Notes: generated from the letters alone by a model not told the origin. Shown: positions 39,417 to 49,537, numbered from the stretch's first letter. The stretch: 49,537 bases of DNA from Myxococcota bacterium (GCA_049969675.1 JBMFOP010000005.1:7184-56720), one strand, 5' to 3'. Numbers and translations are program-made.

Positions 39417-40222
39417 ATTTTGCTCCTGATGATTTCACATATCTTTTCAATCTCTAAGATTGTAAGATTCTGTGGTCTCTTTGTTATATCAAGGATATCC
39501 TGAATAGACAACAGTATATCTTCGCCAAATCTTGCCTTTAGAATACTTCTCATACTCTTCCTCGGATATTTAAATATCTCCTGTATACTCCTGTTGCACT
39601 CCTTATATAACTTATGCCTTGATATGTCATCAAAAAAATTGAAATAAATTATGGCTGAATCAACTCTCGGAGGAGGGAAGAATGACCCTCTACCAACCAC
39701 TTTTATAATCTCTGGATTTGATAGCATCCTTGCAAATACAGACATTGTTGACCAATCTCTATCTCCAGTATTTGCAACGACCCTCTTTGCAACCTCATAT
39801 TGAAACATCAAGAAGGCGCTCTTTATATAGACGGCATTCTCAAAGACCTTAAATAAGAAGAGTTTTGATAAGTTATAGGGCAGATTTCCAACAATTACAA
39901 CTCTTCCATATATCTCAAAAAACTTTCTAAAATCAAAGTTCATCATATTCATCTCAAGTAGTTCAAGATGGTTATTGCCTGCAAATCTCTTTTTCAAACT
40001 CTTTAATACATCCCTCTCCATCTCAATTGCAATTACCTTCTCACAACTTTCAAGTAGATATTCGGTCAGATTCCCGCTTCCTGCCGCAAACTCTATTACA
40101 ACTCCATTATCTGATTCCCTGCTTACATTATTTGCAATAAATTCAAGTATATCCCTATTGATCAAGAGATGTTGCCCCCATGACCTCTTCAACCTTTGAG
40201 ATTTAGAATCAAGAGATGTCAT
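39413..40222 (-). CDS. rsmA: 16S rRNA m6,2A1518/1519 dimethyltransferase
   Basis: GQHLL, VGNLPYN, MFQYEVAKR, FFPPPRVDSA. Confidence 0.93.
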   Translation of the reverse strand: MTSLDSKSQRLKRSWGQHLLINRDILEFIANNVSRESDNGVVIEFAAGSGNLTEYLLESCEKVIAIEMERDVLKSLKKRFAGNNHLELLEMNMMNFDFRKFFEIYGRVVIVGNLPYNLSKLFLFKVFENAVYIKSAFLMFQYEVAKRVVANTGDRDWSTMSVFARMLSNPEIIKVVGRGSFFPPPRVDSAIIYFNFFDDISRHKLYKECNRSIQEIFKYPRKSMRSILKARFGEDILLSIQDILDITKRPQNLTILEIEKICEIIRSKI

Positions 40223-40457
40223 ATCAAACCCTTCTTAAAAAAAAATATTACAATATTATGACGCAAAAATCCACATTATTATAGCCTAATTTAACATAGC
40301 CGAAATCAATATACTTGAAAAATCTTCTTGCATTCCGCGTAGAAGTTATACTATTAAAACAAGAAATTGAACATTTATATTATCATCTCCTTTACCTATT
40401 TCATATACACCACATTAAATACTCCCTGCCCTGATGTAAACCTGGATAAATCACCAA

Positions 40458-41170
40458 ATATGTCCAAAATAATTTTTTTCTTGACATCAGGGTATCAGAT
40501 GGAGATGATTATAATTGGAGATTAAAGGTAGGTCCTGGTGGTGATTACAAGAAAATTACATCTTATCTTATCGTAGTCTATTTAAACTTCACAAAATCAA
40601 TTTTCAATCTGGAGAGAGTTTATGAGATATTTATTCAGTCTGTCTATTTTGGCAACTCTATTTTTATCAATAGCGATTCTCTCTGGTTATAAATCAGAAT
40701 CCTCCTCTGGCTGTTCACCTGCACCAGAGGTAAATATCTTAAATCCAGAAGAGGATGAGAATATTGAAAATCCACCAGTTAATGTTGAATTTGAGGCAAG
40801 GCAGAATTCAACTGATCTGACTTCTATTGATTTATCAAGACTTAGTGCTATAATTATTGACAATATGAATAAGGCTATTGACGATCAGAGGTATGCCTCT
40901 AAAGAACAGTGATTTTGGATGGAAGAATATCTCTTTATGGTTAAAGGATTTTGATTATTATACCGAACAAATTTTCAGTTGCCAAAGCAAATTAGACAGA
41001 AATTTTCAGAGGACGAGTTTTATAAGGCGGTGAGGGAGATAAGGGGAGAGAGAGGGATTAATGGATTCAGGGTGATTTGTGTCAAATGTTATCCAGTCAA
41101 TTTGGACTGGCTCATTCATTATTTTACAAATAATTGACTTCTAAAATCAGATTATTCTGGACAGCAATGA
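40458..41170. mobile_element. Degenerate IS-like remnant (B end at 40458, A end at 41121-41170)
   Basis: atatgtccaaaataattttt at the left end. At the right end, attttacaaataattgacttctaaaatcagattattctggacagcaatga differs at 6 positions from the reverse complement of the 28918 copy. Confidence 0.45.
40622..41137 (+). pseudogene. Chimeric/decayed ORF with two in-frame TGA stops
   Basis: Signal-peptide-like start (LSGY where a lipobox would have C), then ...ASKEQ*(40910)FWMEEYLFMVKGF*(40952)LLYRTNF...FSEDEFYKAVREIRG. Confidence 0.45.
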
Positions 41171-41212
41171 AAAGTTTTAAGACCTTAGCTTGCAATTTGG
41201 TTATGTTTCTAT

Positions 41213-41228
41213 TGTGTAATTCATCACA
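41213..41228. promoter_or_regulatory. CRP/FNR-family-like box upstream of the giant lipoprotein
   Basis: TGTGT-aattca-TCACA (9/10 match to TGTGA-N6-TCACA), overlapping the palindrome atcaca-t-tgtgat. Confidence 0.35.
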
Positions 41229-41264
41229 TTGTGATATTATATTGAATATCAGGAGGTTAAGGAT

Positions 41265-44200
41265 ATGGCAAATAAAGCGTATGGTCCTTTGATGGCTTTG
41301 CTTTGGGTTATTATATTAGGTGGTTGTTCGGGGTCGGTAGTAATCAATTCCGCACCTGAGGCAAATATTCCCAAATCAATAATTGAGGGGAAGGTTGGGA
41401 ATCCTGTACTGGTTGCTGGTGAGGGCAAGGATATTGATGGGGATGCTCTAACTTATCAATGGAGTATAGTCAGCTTTCCAACAGGGAAGGATGATTCAGG
41501 GAAGGAGATAAAGAGCGCACCTGTCATCAACTCTCAGGAGGATGGCAGCAAGATTACATTTACACCACGATTAAAGGGTATCTATTTTGTAAAACTAATT
41601 GTAAGTGATGGCTCACTAAAGAGTAATCCAGCGTACGCTACGATCTATGTCTCAGGTGGTAAACCGAATGTGCTTATTGTAGATGCAGGTAAGGATCAGG
41701 TAGTAACTGTTGGAGAGACTGTTACATTGACCGCAACAGTTCAGAGTGACCCTCCGGACTTAATCTATTCTGCAAAATGGGAACAGTTGAGTGGTACTCC
41801 CGTGGGTGTGACGGATTGGGAGCAGTTGAGTATCACCTTTAAGGCACCAGATACACCTCAGGAGATAGAATTCAAATTTACCGCAGATGACCATATGGGG
41901 ACTGTCTCTTCAGATACTGTGAAGGTGACTGTAATCCCGGCAAACAGGGCTCCGGTTGCTGATGCTGGAAAAGACCAGCAGGTAATATATGGTTCAAAGG
42001 TTATACTTTCTGGACTTCTGTCATTTGACCCGGATGTCGGGGATAAGTTGACTTATAGATGGGAACAGGTATCTGGTAAGACGGTTGAGATTTCAGATAA
42101 TACAAATGTGGTAGCTTCATTTACTGCCCCTGAAGAAGATGCAGAACTGGTGTTAAGATTGACAGTGAAAGATTCAATGGGGCTCTCCTCTTCAGATGAG
42201 ACTATTGTGCTTGTGCGAGGTGGAACCAATAGGGCACCTGTTGCAAATGCAGGGGAAGACCAGACTGTGAGAATAGGGAGTACTGTATATCTAAATGGTG
42301 GTTTAAGTTATGATGAGGATGGGGATCCGCTCTCTTATGAGTGGATACAGAAGGGCGGAACATTTACTACTATTTATGATAGTAATTCAGTGGTTGCAAA
42401 CTTTAAGGCGCCCAATGCAGAGACAAAGATGGAGTTCTCATTGATTGTCTTTGATGGTAAGGCATATTCTGAGCCAGATAATGTGATTGTAGATGTAAAG
42501 GATATATTGAATAATCCCCCTGTGGCAAATGCCGGAGATGACCAGACTGTATCACCCGGTTCTGTGGTTGTACTAAGTGGATTAAATAGCAGTGACCCGG
42601 ATGGTGATAAACTTTCATATACATGGTTTGAGAAGTCCGGTCCACCGGTGATTATCAGTGGTTTTAATAATTCTATCGCCCAATTTATTGCCCCAACCAC
42701 TGAAGGCGAAATTGTAATAGGTCTTATTGTGAGCGATGGGAAGACAAATAGTGTCCCTGATGAAGTAAAGATATTTGTGCAATCATCTGGCAATCATTCA
42801 CCGGTGGCGAATGCAGGGAAAGACCAGATAGCCTTTGCCGGAGGGATAGTTAAGCTTGATGGGTCTCAATCTTTTGACCCTGATGGTGATAATCTGACAT
42901 ATAGCTGGTATCAGATTGCGGGGGACACTGTTAGACTGGATGGTGCAAATAATCCGATTGCCCAATTTACGGCACCAAATAAACAGACTACATTAAAGTT
43001 TCTCCTGATTGTGAATGATGGGAAGCTCAATAGCGCCCCTGATGAAGTGACTATCAGAGTAAAGGTGAACAATAATAAGCCGAGGGCTAATGCAGGACTG
43101 GACCAGACTGTCTCTATAGGGCAGACAGTCTATCTGAGTGGTATTCTCTCAGAAGATCAGGATGATGATCCATTGACTTACAGGTGGACACAGATTGAAG
43201 GTGAGGCAGTCAGTCTTGAAGGTGAGACCAATGTTATTGCCAGATTTGTGGCACCACAAAATACAGGGGTACTCAAGTTTCAACTCATTGTAAATGATGG
43301 GATGGAGGATTCAGACCCCGCAATTGTGAATATAAATGTCACTACTGCATCTATTGATGAACCAATTGCGGTCATAGATCCGCCCTTTGTAAGAACAGGT
43401 TTTTCAAAGAATGTCACACTTGATGGTTCAAGATCATCTGACCCTCAGAATAGACAGCTCACCTATAACTGGTATCAGGTCTCTGGTGTCCCTGTGAGCT
43501 TTTCTCCTGTTGATTCCCCCTCAATCTCCTTTGTATCTCCGTCCGGTCCAAATAAGTCTGTTTTAGAGTTTGGATTGGTGGTACACAATGGATACAAATA
43601 TAGTGCACCTGCAAAATCAATTGTGAATTCTGAAGACGAAAGGCTCAATCGTGCACCTGTTGCAAGTGCTGGAGATGATCAGGATGTCCTGCACGGGAGA
43701 TTGGTTACAATTAAAGGTACGGCATCTGATGCGGATGGTGACCCACTAAATGTGAAGTGGGTGCAGATAGGTGGTACACCGGTAAACTGGATAAATGAAC
43801 CATCGGCTGAGGGTGAATATATAATCTCCTTTGTTGCACCGGAGTCGAGAGAGACTCTAAGGTTTAAGATTGTGGCTGACGACCTGCTTGTTAAGGCAGA
43901 GGATATTGTGGCAATAAATGTTACCAACACAAAGCCAGTTGCTGATGCGGGTGCAGATATCAGTATTACGGCTACAGGGAAGAAGACTCAGATAACTCTG
44001 GATGGCTCAAAGAGTTTTGATGCTGATGGAGATAATCTTACATACAAATGGAGATTAAACGGCAATATCATATCCCAAAATGCGGTATTCAGTGATGCCT
44101 TTGAGAAAGGCTCTTATGTATTTGAACTTGAGGTCTCTGATGGAGTTGATTTATCCACCGATACAGTCAATGTGGAGATTCGCAATGCAAAGCCGGTCGC

Positions 44201-47200
44201 AAATGCTGGACCAGACCTCTTTGTGGCATCCAAAGGGGCGCTGACACCGGTTATTCTGGATGGGAGCCAGAGTTATGACCCGGATGAGGACCCGCTTACA
44301 TACGTGTGGAGGGAGAATGGAAACACCATTGCACAGGGAAAGGTTGCCGGGGTAAATTTAATCAATGGGAGGCATATCATTCAACTTGAGGTATCTGATG
44401 GGACTGAATATTCCTACGACGATGTATTGATTGATGTGGATGTTGGACCTCCCTATGGAAGCATAGTCCTCAATGTAAATCCCTCCTTCTTGATTGCCAA
44501 TGGAGTGGATAAGGCAACGGTTACGAGCGACCCGATTAAGGATGAGAATGGGACTGTTGTAAAAGATGGAAATTTGATAACGGTTAGTTGCAATCTATGT
44601 ACCATTAATGCACAGGATGAAGATGCTCAGACGCAGGGGATTCAACTCAAGACAATAAATGGGATTATCTCATTTGAGGTTGTAGCAGGGACAGTCAAAG
44701 GAACCGCAGTTATTACAGCACAGGCAGTCCCTCCGGGTACGGCAACGGGTTCTGTGAATCTCCTGTTGAAGGCTGGAGATCCTGCTGGTAATATTATATT
44801 AAGTCCGGTTCCTAAGGCAATTACTGCTGATGGAGTGAGTGAGAGCAACATCACATCTGACCCGATTAAAGATTCATACGGTAATATAGTTGAGGATGGG
44901 AATGAGATAACGATATCTGCGACTGCTGGAACTATTGTTGCCAGTGATGTAAATGGTGGTCTTAATGGTATACAGGTTGGTACCACAAATGGGGTAATTA
45001 GCTTTAAGCTCAGGTCCACAACCACAGCAGGTTCGTCAAATGTATCTGCTACCTCAGTTAAGGGTAATGCCACGGGTTCAACGACAGTCAATTTTATCTC
45101 TGGAAATCCAGCGGGTAATATAGTCCTTTATGCAAATCCGACAGAGATTAATGCAGATGGGGTAAGTACATCTACAATTACCAGTGACCCCATTAAGGAC
45201 GGCAAGGGGAATACTGTGCCTGATGGGGTATTTATTACTGTGAGTACGACGCTTGGAGGCATTACCTCAACAGATCTGGACCCAAATACCGATGGTATTC
45301 AGGTGGCGACTGATACAGCCGGGAAGATCAGCTTCGTAGTAAAGTCATCCACAGTTGCCGGGACTGCCACTATAAATGCCGCCTCAGTCTCAGGTAGTGC
45401 AACGGGCAGCACAACTCTAAAGATGAAGGCCGGAAGTCCTCATCACCTCTCATTTACAATTCAACCTCCGTCCACCGCAAAGGCTGGTGAGATATTCTCA
45501 ACATTTACTGTTTCAATTCTGGACGCAAATAACAATCTTGTGGATTGGGACAATTCTACACAGATAACCATATCAAGTACCGGTACTTCAACACTCAATG
45601 GGACGGTAACAAAGACTGTATCCGGGGGTATTGCATCCTTTGACAATATCTTTTATACAAAGGCAGAGACGATTAAGGTCCGTGCACAGACGAGCGGGGT
45701 TGCGGATGCATTAAGTAATGATGTACTTATCACTGCTGGGAACCCATCAAAGATTGTATTTGATATACAGCCCCCATCTTCACTGACAGTAGGTTCAACA
45801 TTTGATGTTAAAACCTGTACTGCTGATGAGTATGGAAACATAGTATCAACCGGCGTTCCATCGTATCAGGTAGGTCTGAGATTAAAGCAGGATAATACAT
45901 TGGAATATACCCCCAGACCATCTACCAGCGGAGGTTGTGCAATATTTACAGGTGTAGGAATACAGACAAAGATTGATCTGACCACAAGGGCATCAAAGAC
46001 TCCATATAATCTTGAGGCATTTGCAACAGGTTATACATCCGGGGAATCAAATGCATTTACAGTAAATCCTGGACCAATTGACCATATAATCTACAATCCA
46101 GCCCCACCATTCTCTTATAAGGCTGGAAGTACAATGTCCTCATTTTCAGCCATTTTGAAAGATTTGTATAATAATACAATTTTTACGGATAATACTACTG
46201 TCATATCTCTTTCTCTCGCAAAGGGGAGTTCATCACTTTCAGGTACCACTCTCAAGACCGTAAATGAGGGTGTTGCCACATTCAGTGATATAACCTATTG
46301 TAAGGTGGAGACGATCGCCATTAAGGCATCAACCTCGTCTCCAGCAAGAGAGGTTACCTCCTCTGATATAGGAGTTGTTGTTGGGGACCTCGCAAAGTTC
46401 TCCATCAGCGGTATTCCAGCCTCTGTTCAGGATTGTGCGAGCAATACAGTAACTGTTATAGCCCAGGATTCCTGTAACAATACCATTGGTTCATATCGTG
46501 GCACAGTTCATTTCTCAAGCAATGATACCCGTGCGCAACTCCCGCCAGATTACACATTTACTGCCTCAGATAATGGCACGCATATCTTTACAAATGTCCA
46601 GTTAAAGACCCCCGGTTCAAACTTTTATGTGAGGGTGAATGACACAGCACAGACGACAATTACTGGCGAGATTTCACCAATAACTGTTACTTTAGGACCG
46701 CTCTCAAAGTTTGAGGTAAAAGATGTCAAATCCCCATTTGAGGCTGGAACTACCAGCAATGTAACTGTTACTGCTAAAAATGCCTGCGATAATACTATCA
46801 CAAACTTTACGGGGACCATCCATTTCTCAACTGATGATACCAATCCACAGGTAGTACTGCCTCCCGATTATACATTTGTTGCCGGGGATAATGGGACAAA
46901 GACATTTACAAACGGAGTAAAACTCATTACTGCTGGCACAAGATATGTAAAGGTAGAACAGGTCGGAAATCCAGCAATCAATGGTCAGCAGGGCAATATA
47001 AATGTGACTGCGACAACTCTCCATCATCTAAGCGTCTATGGCCTGCCAGATTCATTCCCCGCCTGTGCGACAAAGGCTGTGACAGTTGAGGCAAAAGATG
47101 TATACGGCAATAGAGTAACTACATATACCGGGACCGTCAAATTTAGTTCAAACGATGCCGCATCAACTCTCCCCTCAAATTATACCTTTGTGGCAGGGGA

Positions 47201-49537
47201 TCAGGGCCTAAAGGTAATAAACGGGGTAATTCTCAGAACTCTCGGGAGTAATTACTATGTAAAGGCGGAGGATACCGTAAATCCTTCAATCAATGGGCAG
47301 CAGTCTCCGATTGAGGTGATTCCTGGCGATGCAAAGATTCTGGTTGTGGACCAGATTACATCTCCTATTGTAGCTGGAACGCCCTCAAATGTACGAGTGA
47401 CAGCCTATGACCAGTGTGGCGCTGGAAATGGAAATGTGGCAATAAATTACAGAGGGACAATACACTTTACCACATCTGACCCATCCACTCACCCAGACAA
47501 GAAACTTCCGTCGGATTATACATTTTTGGCAACTGATAATGGAACTCATACATTTTCAAATGGCGTAACACTCGTTACAGCGGGTAACCAATCTGTTACT
47601 GCAACAGATACTGCCAATGGGTCCATTACAGGTACTCAGAGTGGAATTGTTGTGACACCGCTTACAACAGATAAATATCTGGCTTATGCAACTCAGCCTT
47701 CATCTCCTCAAACCGCCGGGGTAAACTGGCCTCAGGCATTCAGTGTAAAAAGGGTGGATAGATACGGGAATGATATTACTGGAGACAATTCCACTGTTGT
47801 CAATGTAGAGGCGGCACCTGGCGCCACATCAACTCTAAACGGGACGAAGAGCGCAACAATGTCAAATTCAGTGGCTACATTTTCTGCCAATACTATAAAC
47901 TATACAAAGGCTGAAACTATAAGGGTGAGGGCATCTGCAACTGGCTTTACATCTGTGGATAGCAATAATGTGGTGGTTAATCCGGGTTCAGCGTCAAAAC
48001 TTGCATTCTACATTCAGCCACCCTCTCCTGTGACTGCTGGTGCAATATGGAGTAATTTCGCAGTGGTGGTGCAAGATACATATGGCAACAATATTACAAC
48101 AGATAACAACAGGGCAATTACAATCAAGGCATCCACTGCTGAAAGCTGTGCAACTCCCCTTGCTACGAATCTGCAAGGGACTCTGACACAGAACACTGCA
48201 TCGGGAGTGGCGACCTTTAATAATATACTTTACACTGTTGCAACCTCATTGTCGGTGCAGGCAGCTGCTACTGGACTCAGCAGTGCCTGTTCAAATACAG
48301 TTACAGTAAATCCCGGACCGCTTGACCATTTTACCATCACGGCTACCGGTGGAGGAGATATCGCAACCCAGACCGTAAATCTCCCATTTGGGATTGATAT
48401 CACTGCACAGGATGCATTCGGGAATACAGTAACCTCCTATACCAACAATGTCTCTCTTGCCTCCAACAATTGTGGCGGTAATGCACTTCAAAATGGGGAC
48501 CCACAGAACACAACCAATTTTACAGCCGGCAAGCTCACAAATTATTCTGTGACATATACAAAGGCGTGCGTTGGTACATATCTCTCTGCAACCGGTGGAG
48601 GTAAGAGTGGTAATAGTAATACATTTGATGTATGTTATGATGGTATGATTGCGGCTCCGGTTGCAAAAGACAGAAATGGTGCAATAAGGAATTCCTTTAT
48701 CCCGGGCGATATAATCCAGCTTGATGGCTCAGCAAGTGTTGGACCCTCCTGTGGGAGTGTAGCAAGATATGAATGGTCTGTGGCATTAGTTTCTCAAGTT
48801 GGGGCAAGGTTTATCAATCCTCAAGATGGAACTTATCTTTCTGAGCCAGCCACCATCGTAAATCCGGTGGTCATTGCCTGTGATTTAAATAGTACGAATG
48901 ATGATAATGGTGATTCGCTGGTTAATTACTGTTCTACTAATGGACCCCAAACCCTCTCAATACAACTCAAAGTCTGTAACAATGCTGCCTGCAACGATAA
49001 GACCGACACAAAGGTCATAAATATTACAGTCAACGGTATGCAAACACTTGCATCAGGGAACTTTGTAGATGTGGCGGTTGCAAAGGGTGGAAGTAGAGTC
49101 AGAGAGGCATATGCCACTATGGGTGGTCAGACATCTGGCTATAGATGGAATATTGTAAGCCAGCAACTTGAATCAATAAATCTGAGCGTAGGCGGTGATG
49201 TGGTGGACAAAGGGCTTAGAAGGGTGATTGTGGATAGAGATTACAATGTCTGGTTTGCTGAGTATCCCTCGGGTAACCCAACTCAGGATGGGGATGGTGA
49301 GGTGATAAAGTGGAACCCATTTACTGAATCAGTCATATTTGAAAAGAACCTTTGTGGCAATGGCCCTTTAAAGAATGGTGGGGATTGTGATGCAGATGTG
49401 GGGGGTATATATGCAATGACTATCAAAGGGAATAATAACAATGTAATATTCTTTGGAACTGACGATGGATATACCAAGATAGACCTATCTGGGAACTGGG
49501 AAGATAACCTAAAATGTGACAGTAATGGGTATTGGCT
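41265..49537 (+). CDS. Giant Ig-repeat surface lipoprotein/adhesin (>2,750 aa, runs off window)
   Basis: AGGAGG-N8-ATG 41265; MANKAYGPLMALLWVIILGGC lipobox. About 11 PKD-like repeats (NxAPVAxAGxDQ), 3 invasin-like repeats (ITADG..TSDPIKD), further Ig repeats (QPP..AG; GTVHFSS.D..LPxDYTF). The same frame still reads as protein at the window end; it is absent from the ORF track, consistent with having no stop codon. Confidence 0.9.
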   Translation, partial: MANKAYGPLMALLWVIILGGCSGSVVINSAPEANIPKSIIEGKVGNPVLVAGEGKDIDGDALTYQWSIVSFPTGKDDSGKEIKSAPVINSQEDGSKITFTPRLKGIYFVKLIVSDGSLKSNPAYATIYVSGGKPNVLIVDAGKDQVVTVGETVTLTATVQSDPPDLIYSAKWEQLSGTPVGVTDWEQLSITFKAPDTPQEIEFKFTADDHMGTVSSDTVKVTVIPANRAPVADAGKDQQVIYGSKVILSGLLSFDPDVGDKLTYRWEQVSGKTVEISDNTNVVASFTAPEEDAELVLRLTVKDSMGLSSSDETIVLVRGGTNRAPVANAGEDQTVRIGSTVYLNGGLSYDEDGDPLSYEWIQKGGTFTTIYDSNSVVANFKAPNAETKMEFSLIVFDGKAYSEPDNVIVDVKDILNNPPVANAGDDQTVSPGSVVVLSGLNSSDPDGDKLSYTWFEKSGPPVIISGFNNSIAQFIAPTTEGEIVIGLIVSDGKTNSVPDEVKIFVQSSGNHSPVANAGKDQIAFAGGIVKLDGSQSFDPDGDNLTYSWYQIAGDTVRLDGANNPIAQFTAPNKQTTLKFLLIVNDGKLNSAPDEVTIRVKVNNNKPRANAGLDQTVSIGQTVYLSGILSEDQDDDPLTYRWTQIEGEAVSLEGETNVIARFVAPQNTGVLKFQLIVNDGMEDSDPAIVNINVTTASIDEPIAVIDPPFVRTGFSKNVTLDGSRSSDPQNRQLTYNWYQVSGVPVSFSPVDSPSISFVSPSGPNKSVLEFGLVVHNGYKYSAPAKSIVNSEDERLNRAPVASAGDDQDVLHGRLVTIKGTASDADGDPLNVKWVQIGGTPVNWINEPSAEGEYIISFVAPESRETLRFKIVADDLLVKAEDIVAINVTNTKPVADAGADISITATGKKTQITLDGSKSFDADGDNLTYKWRLNGNIISQNAVFSDAFEKGSYVFELEVSDGVDLSTDTVNVEIRNAKPVANAGPDLFVASKGALTPVILDGSQSYDPDEDPLTYVWRENGNTIAQGKVAGVNLINGRHIIQLEVSDGTEYSYDDVLIDVDVGPPYGSIVLNVNPSFLIANGVDKATVTSDPIKDENGTVVKDGNLITVSCNLCTINAQDEDAQTQGIQLKTINGIISFEVVAGTVKGTAVITAQAVPPGTATGSVNLLLKAGDPAGNIILSPVPKAITADGVSESNITSDPIKDSYGNIVEDGNEITISATAGTIVASDVNGGLNGIQVGTTNGVISFKLRSTTTAGSSNVSATSVKGNATGSTTVNFISGNPAGNIVLYANPTEINADGVSTSTITSDPIKDGKGNTVPDGVFITVSTTLGGITSTDLDPNTDGIQVATDTAGKISFVVKSSTVAGTATINAASVSGSATGSTTLKMKAGSPHHLSFTIQPPSTAKAGEIFSTFTVSILDANNNLVDWDNSTQITISSTGTSTLNGTVTKTVSGGIASFDNIFYTKAETIKVRAQTSGVADALSNDVLITAGNPSKIVFDIQPPSSLTVGSTFDVKTCTADEYGNIVSTGVPSYQVGLRLKQDNTLEYTPRPSTSGGCAIFTGVGIQTKIDLTTRASKTPYNLEAFATGYTSGESNAFTVNPGPIDHIIYNPAPPFSYKAGSTMSSFSAILKDLYNNTIFTDNTTVISLSLAKGSSSLSGTTLKTVNEGVATFSDITYCKVETIAIKASTSSPAREVTSSDIGVVVGDLAKFSISGIPASVQDCASNTVTVIAQDSCNNTIGSYRGTVHFSSNDTRAQLPPDYTFTASDNGTHIFTNVQLKTPGSNFYVRVNDTAQTTITGEISPITVTLGPLSKFEVKDVKSPFEAGTTSNVTVTAKNACDNTITNFTGTIHFSTDDTNPQVVLPPDYTFVAGDNGTKTFTNGVKLITAGTRYVKVEQVGNPAINGQQGNINVTATTLHHLSVYGLPDSFPACATKAVTVEAKDVYGNRVTTYTGTVKFSSNDAASTLPSNYTFVAGDQGLKVINGVILRTLGSNYYVKAEDTVNPSINGQQSPIEVIPGDAKILVVDQITSPIVAGTPSNVRVTAYDQCGAGNGNVAINYRGTIHFTTSDPSTHPDKKLPSDYTFLATDNGTHTFSNGVTLVTAGNQSVTATDTANGSITGTQSGIVVTPLTTDKYLAYATQPSSPQTAGVNWPQAFSVKRVDRYGNDITGDNSTVVNVEAAPGATSTLNGTKSATMSNSVATFSANTINYTKAETIRVRASATGFTSVDSNNVVVNPGSASKLAFYIQPPSPVTAGAIWSNFAVVVQDTYGNNITTDNNRAITIKASTAESCATPLATNLQGTLTQNTASGVATFNNILYTVATSLSVQAAATGLSSACSNTVTVNPGPLDHFTITATGGGDIATQTVNLPFGIDITAQDAFGNTVTSYTNNVSLASNNCGGNALQNGDPQNTTNFTAGKLTNYSVTYTKACVGTYLSATGGGKSGNSNTFDVCYDGMIAAPVAKDRNGAIRNSFIPGDIIQLDGSASVGPSCGSVARYEWSVALVSQVGARFINPQDGTYLSEPATIVNPVVIACDLNSTNDDNGDSLVNYCSTNGPQTLSIQLKVCNNAACNDKTDTKVINITVNGMQTLASGNFVDVAVAKGGSRVREAYATMGGQTSGYRWNIVSQQLESINLSVGGDVVDKGLRRVIVDRDYNVWFAEYPSGNPTQDGDGEVIKWNPFTESVIFEKNLCGNGPLKNGGDCDADVGGIYAMTIKGNNNNVIFFGTDDGYTKIDLSGNWEDNLKCDSNGYW

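Noticed and set aside
40910..40954. TGA recoding (Sec/Trp) in the 40622 frame
   Set aside because: TGA is a normal stop for thiS, thiG, rtcB and others, no SECIS-like hairpin was seen, and the context is a decayed element.
42374..49477. Many minus-strand ORFs in the ORF track
   Set aside because: They are antisense shadows of the giant plus-strand gene; the same applies to short ORFs overlapping other well-supported genes.

Overview
AT-rich bacterial chromosomal window. Its gene content (Cys-rich secreted proteins with Asp-rich linkers, membrane Ser/Thr kinases, topoisomerase VI, O2-sensitive Fe-S enzymes) suggests an anaerobic Myxococcota/deltaproteobacterium-like organism (inference). In order it holds: a 5'-truncated Cys-rich/beta-propeller protein; thiSGHE; a DOMON-like/outer-membrane/lipoprotein triad; a 2-hydroxyacyl-CoA dehydratase plus activator; SDR-like, lipoprotein, psd, rtcB, fadL-like, GNAT, MetH-activation-domain and GT4 genes; rnpB; a kinase; top6AB; a Cys-rich lipoprotein; a radical SAM/SPASM enzyme; a DUF6600-like protein; thioredoxin; an FGE-lipoprotein/FecCD/ATPase unit; M24 peptidase, NifU-C, kinase-FGE, amidohydrolase and rsmA; and a >2,750-aa Ig-repeat lipoprotein that the ORF track missed. 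The most notable observations are (1) a radical SAM/SPASM enzyme whose last 49 codons have their own strong RBS and ATG and look like a cis-fused RiPP precursor, (2) a family of dispersed intergenic repeats forming MITE/IS-like remnants, and (3) an RNase P RNA lacking helix P18. All calls are from reading motifs by eye; no searches were run.
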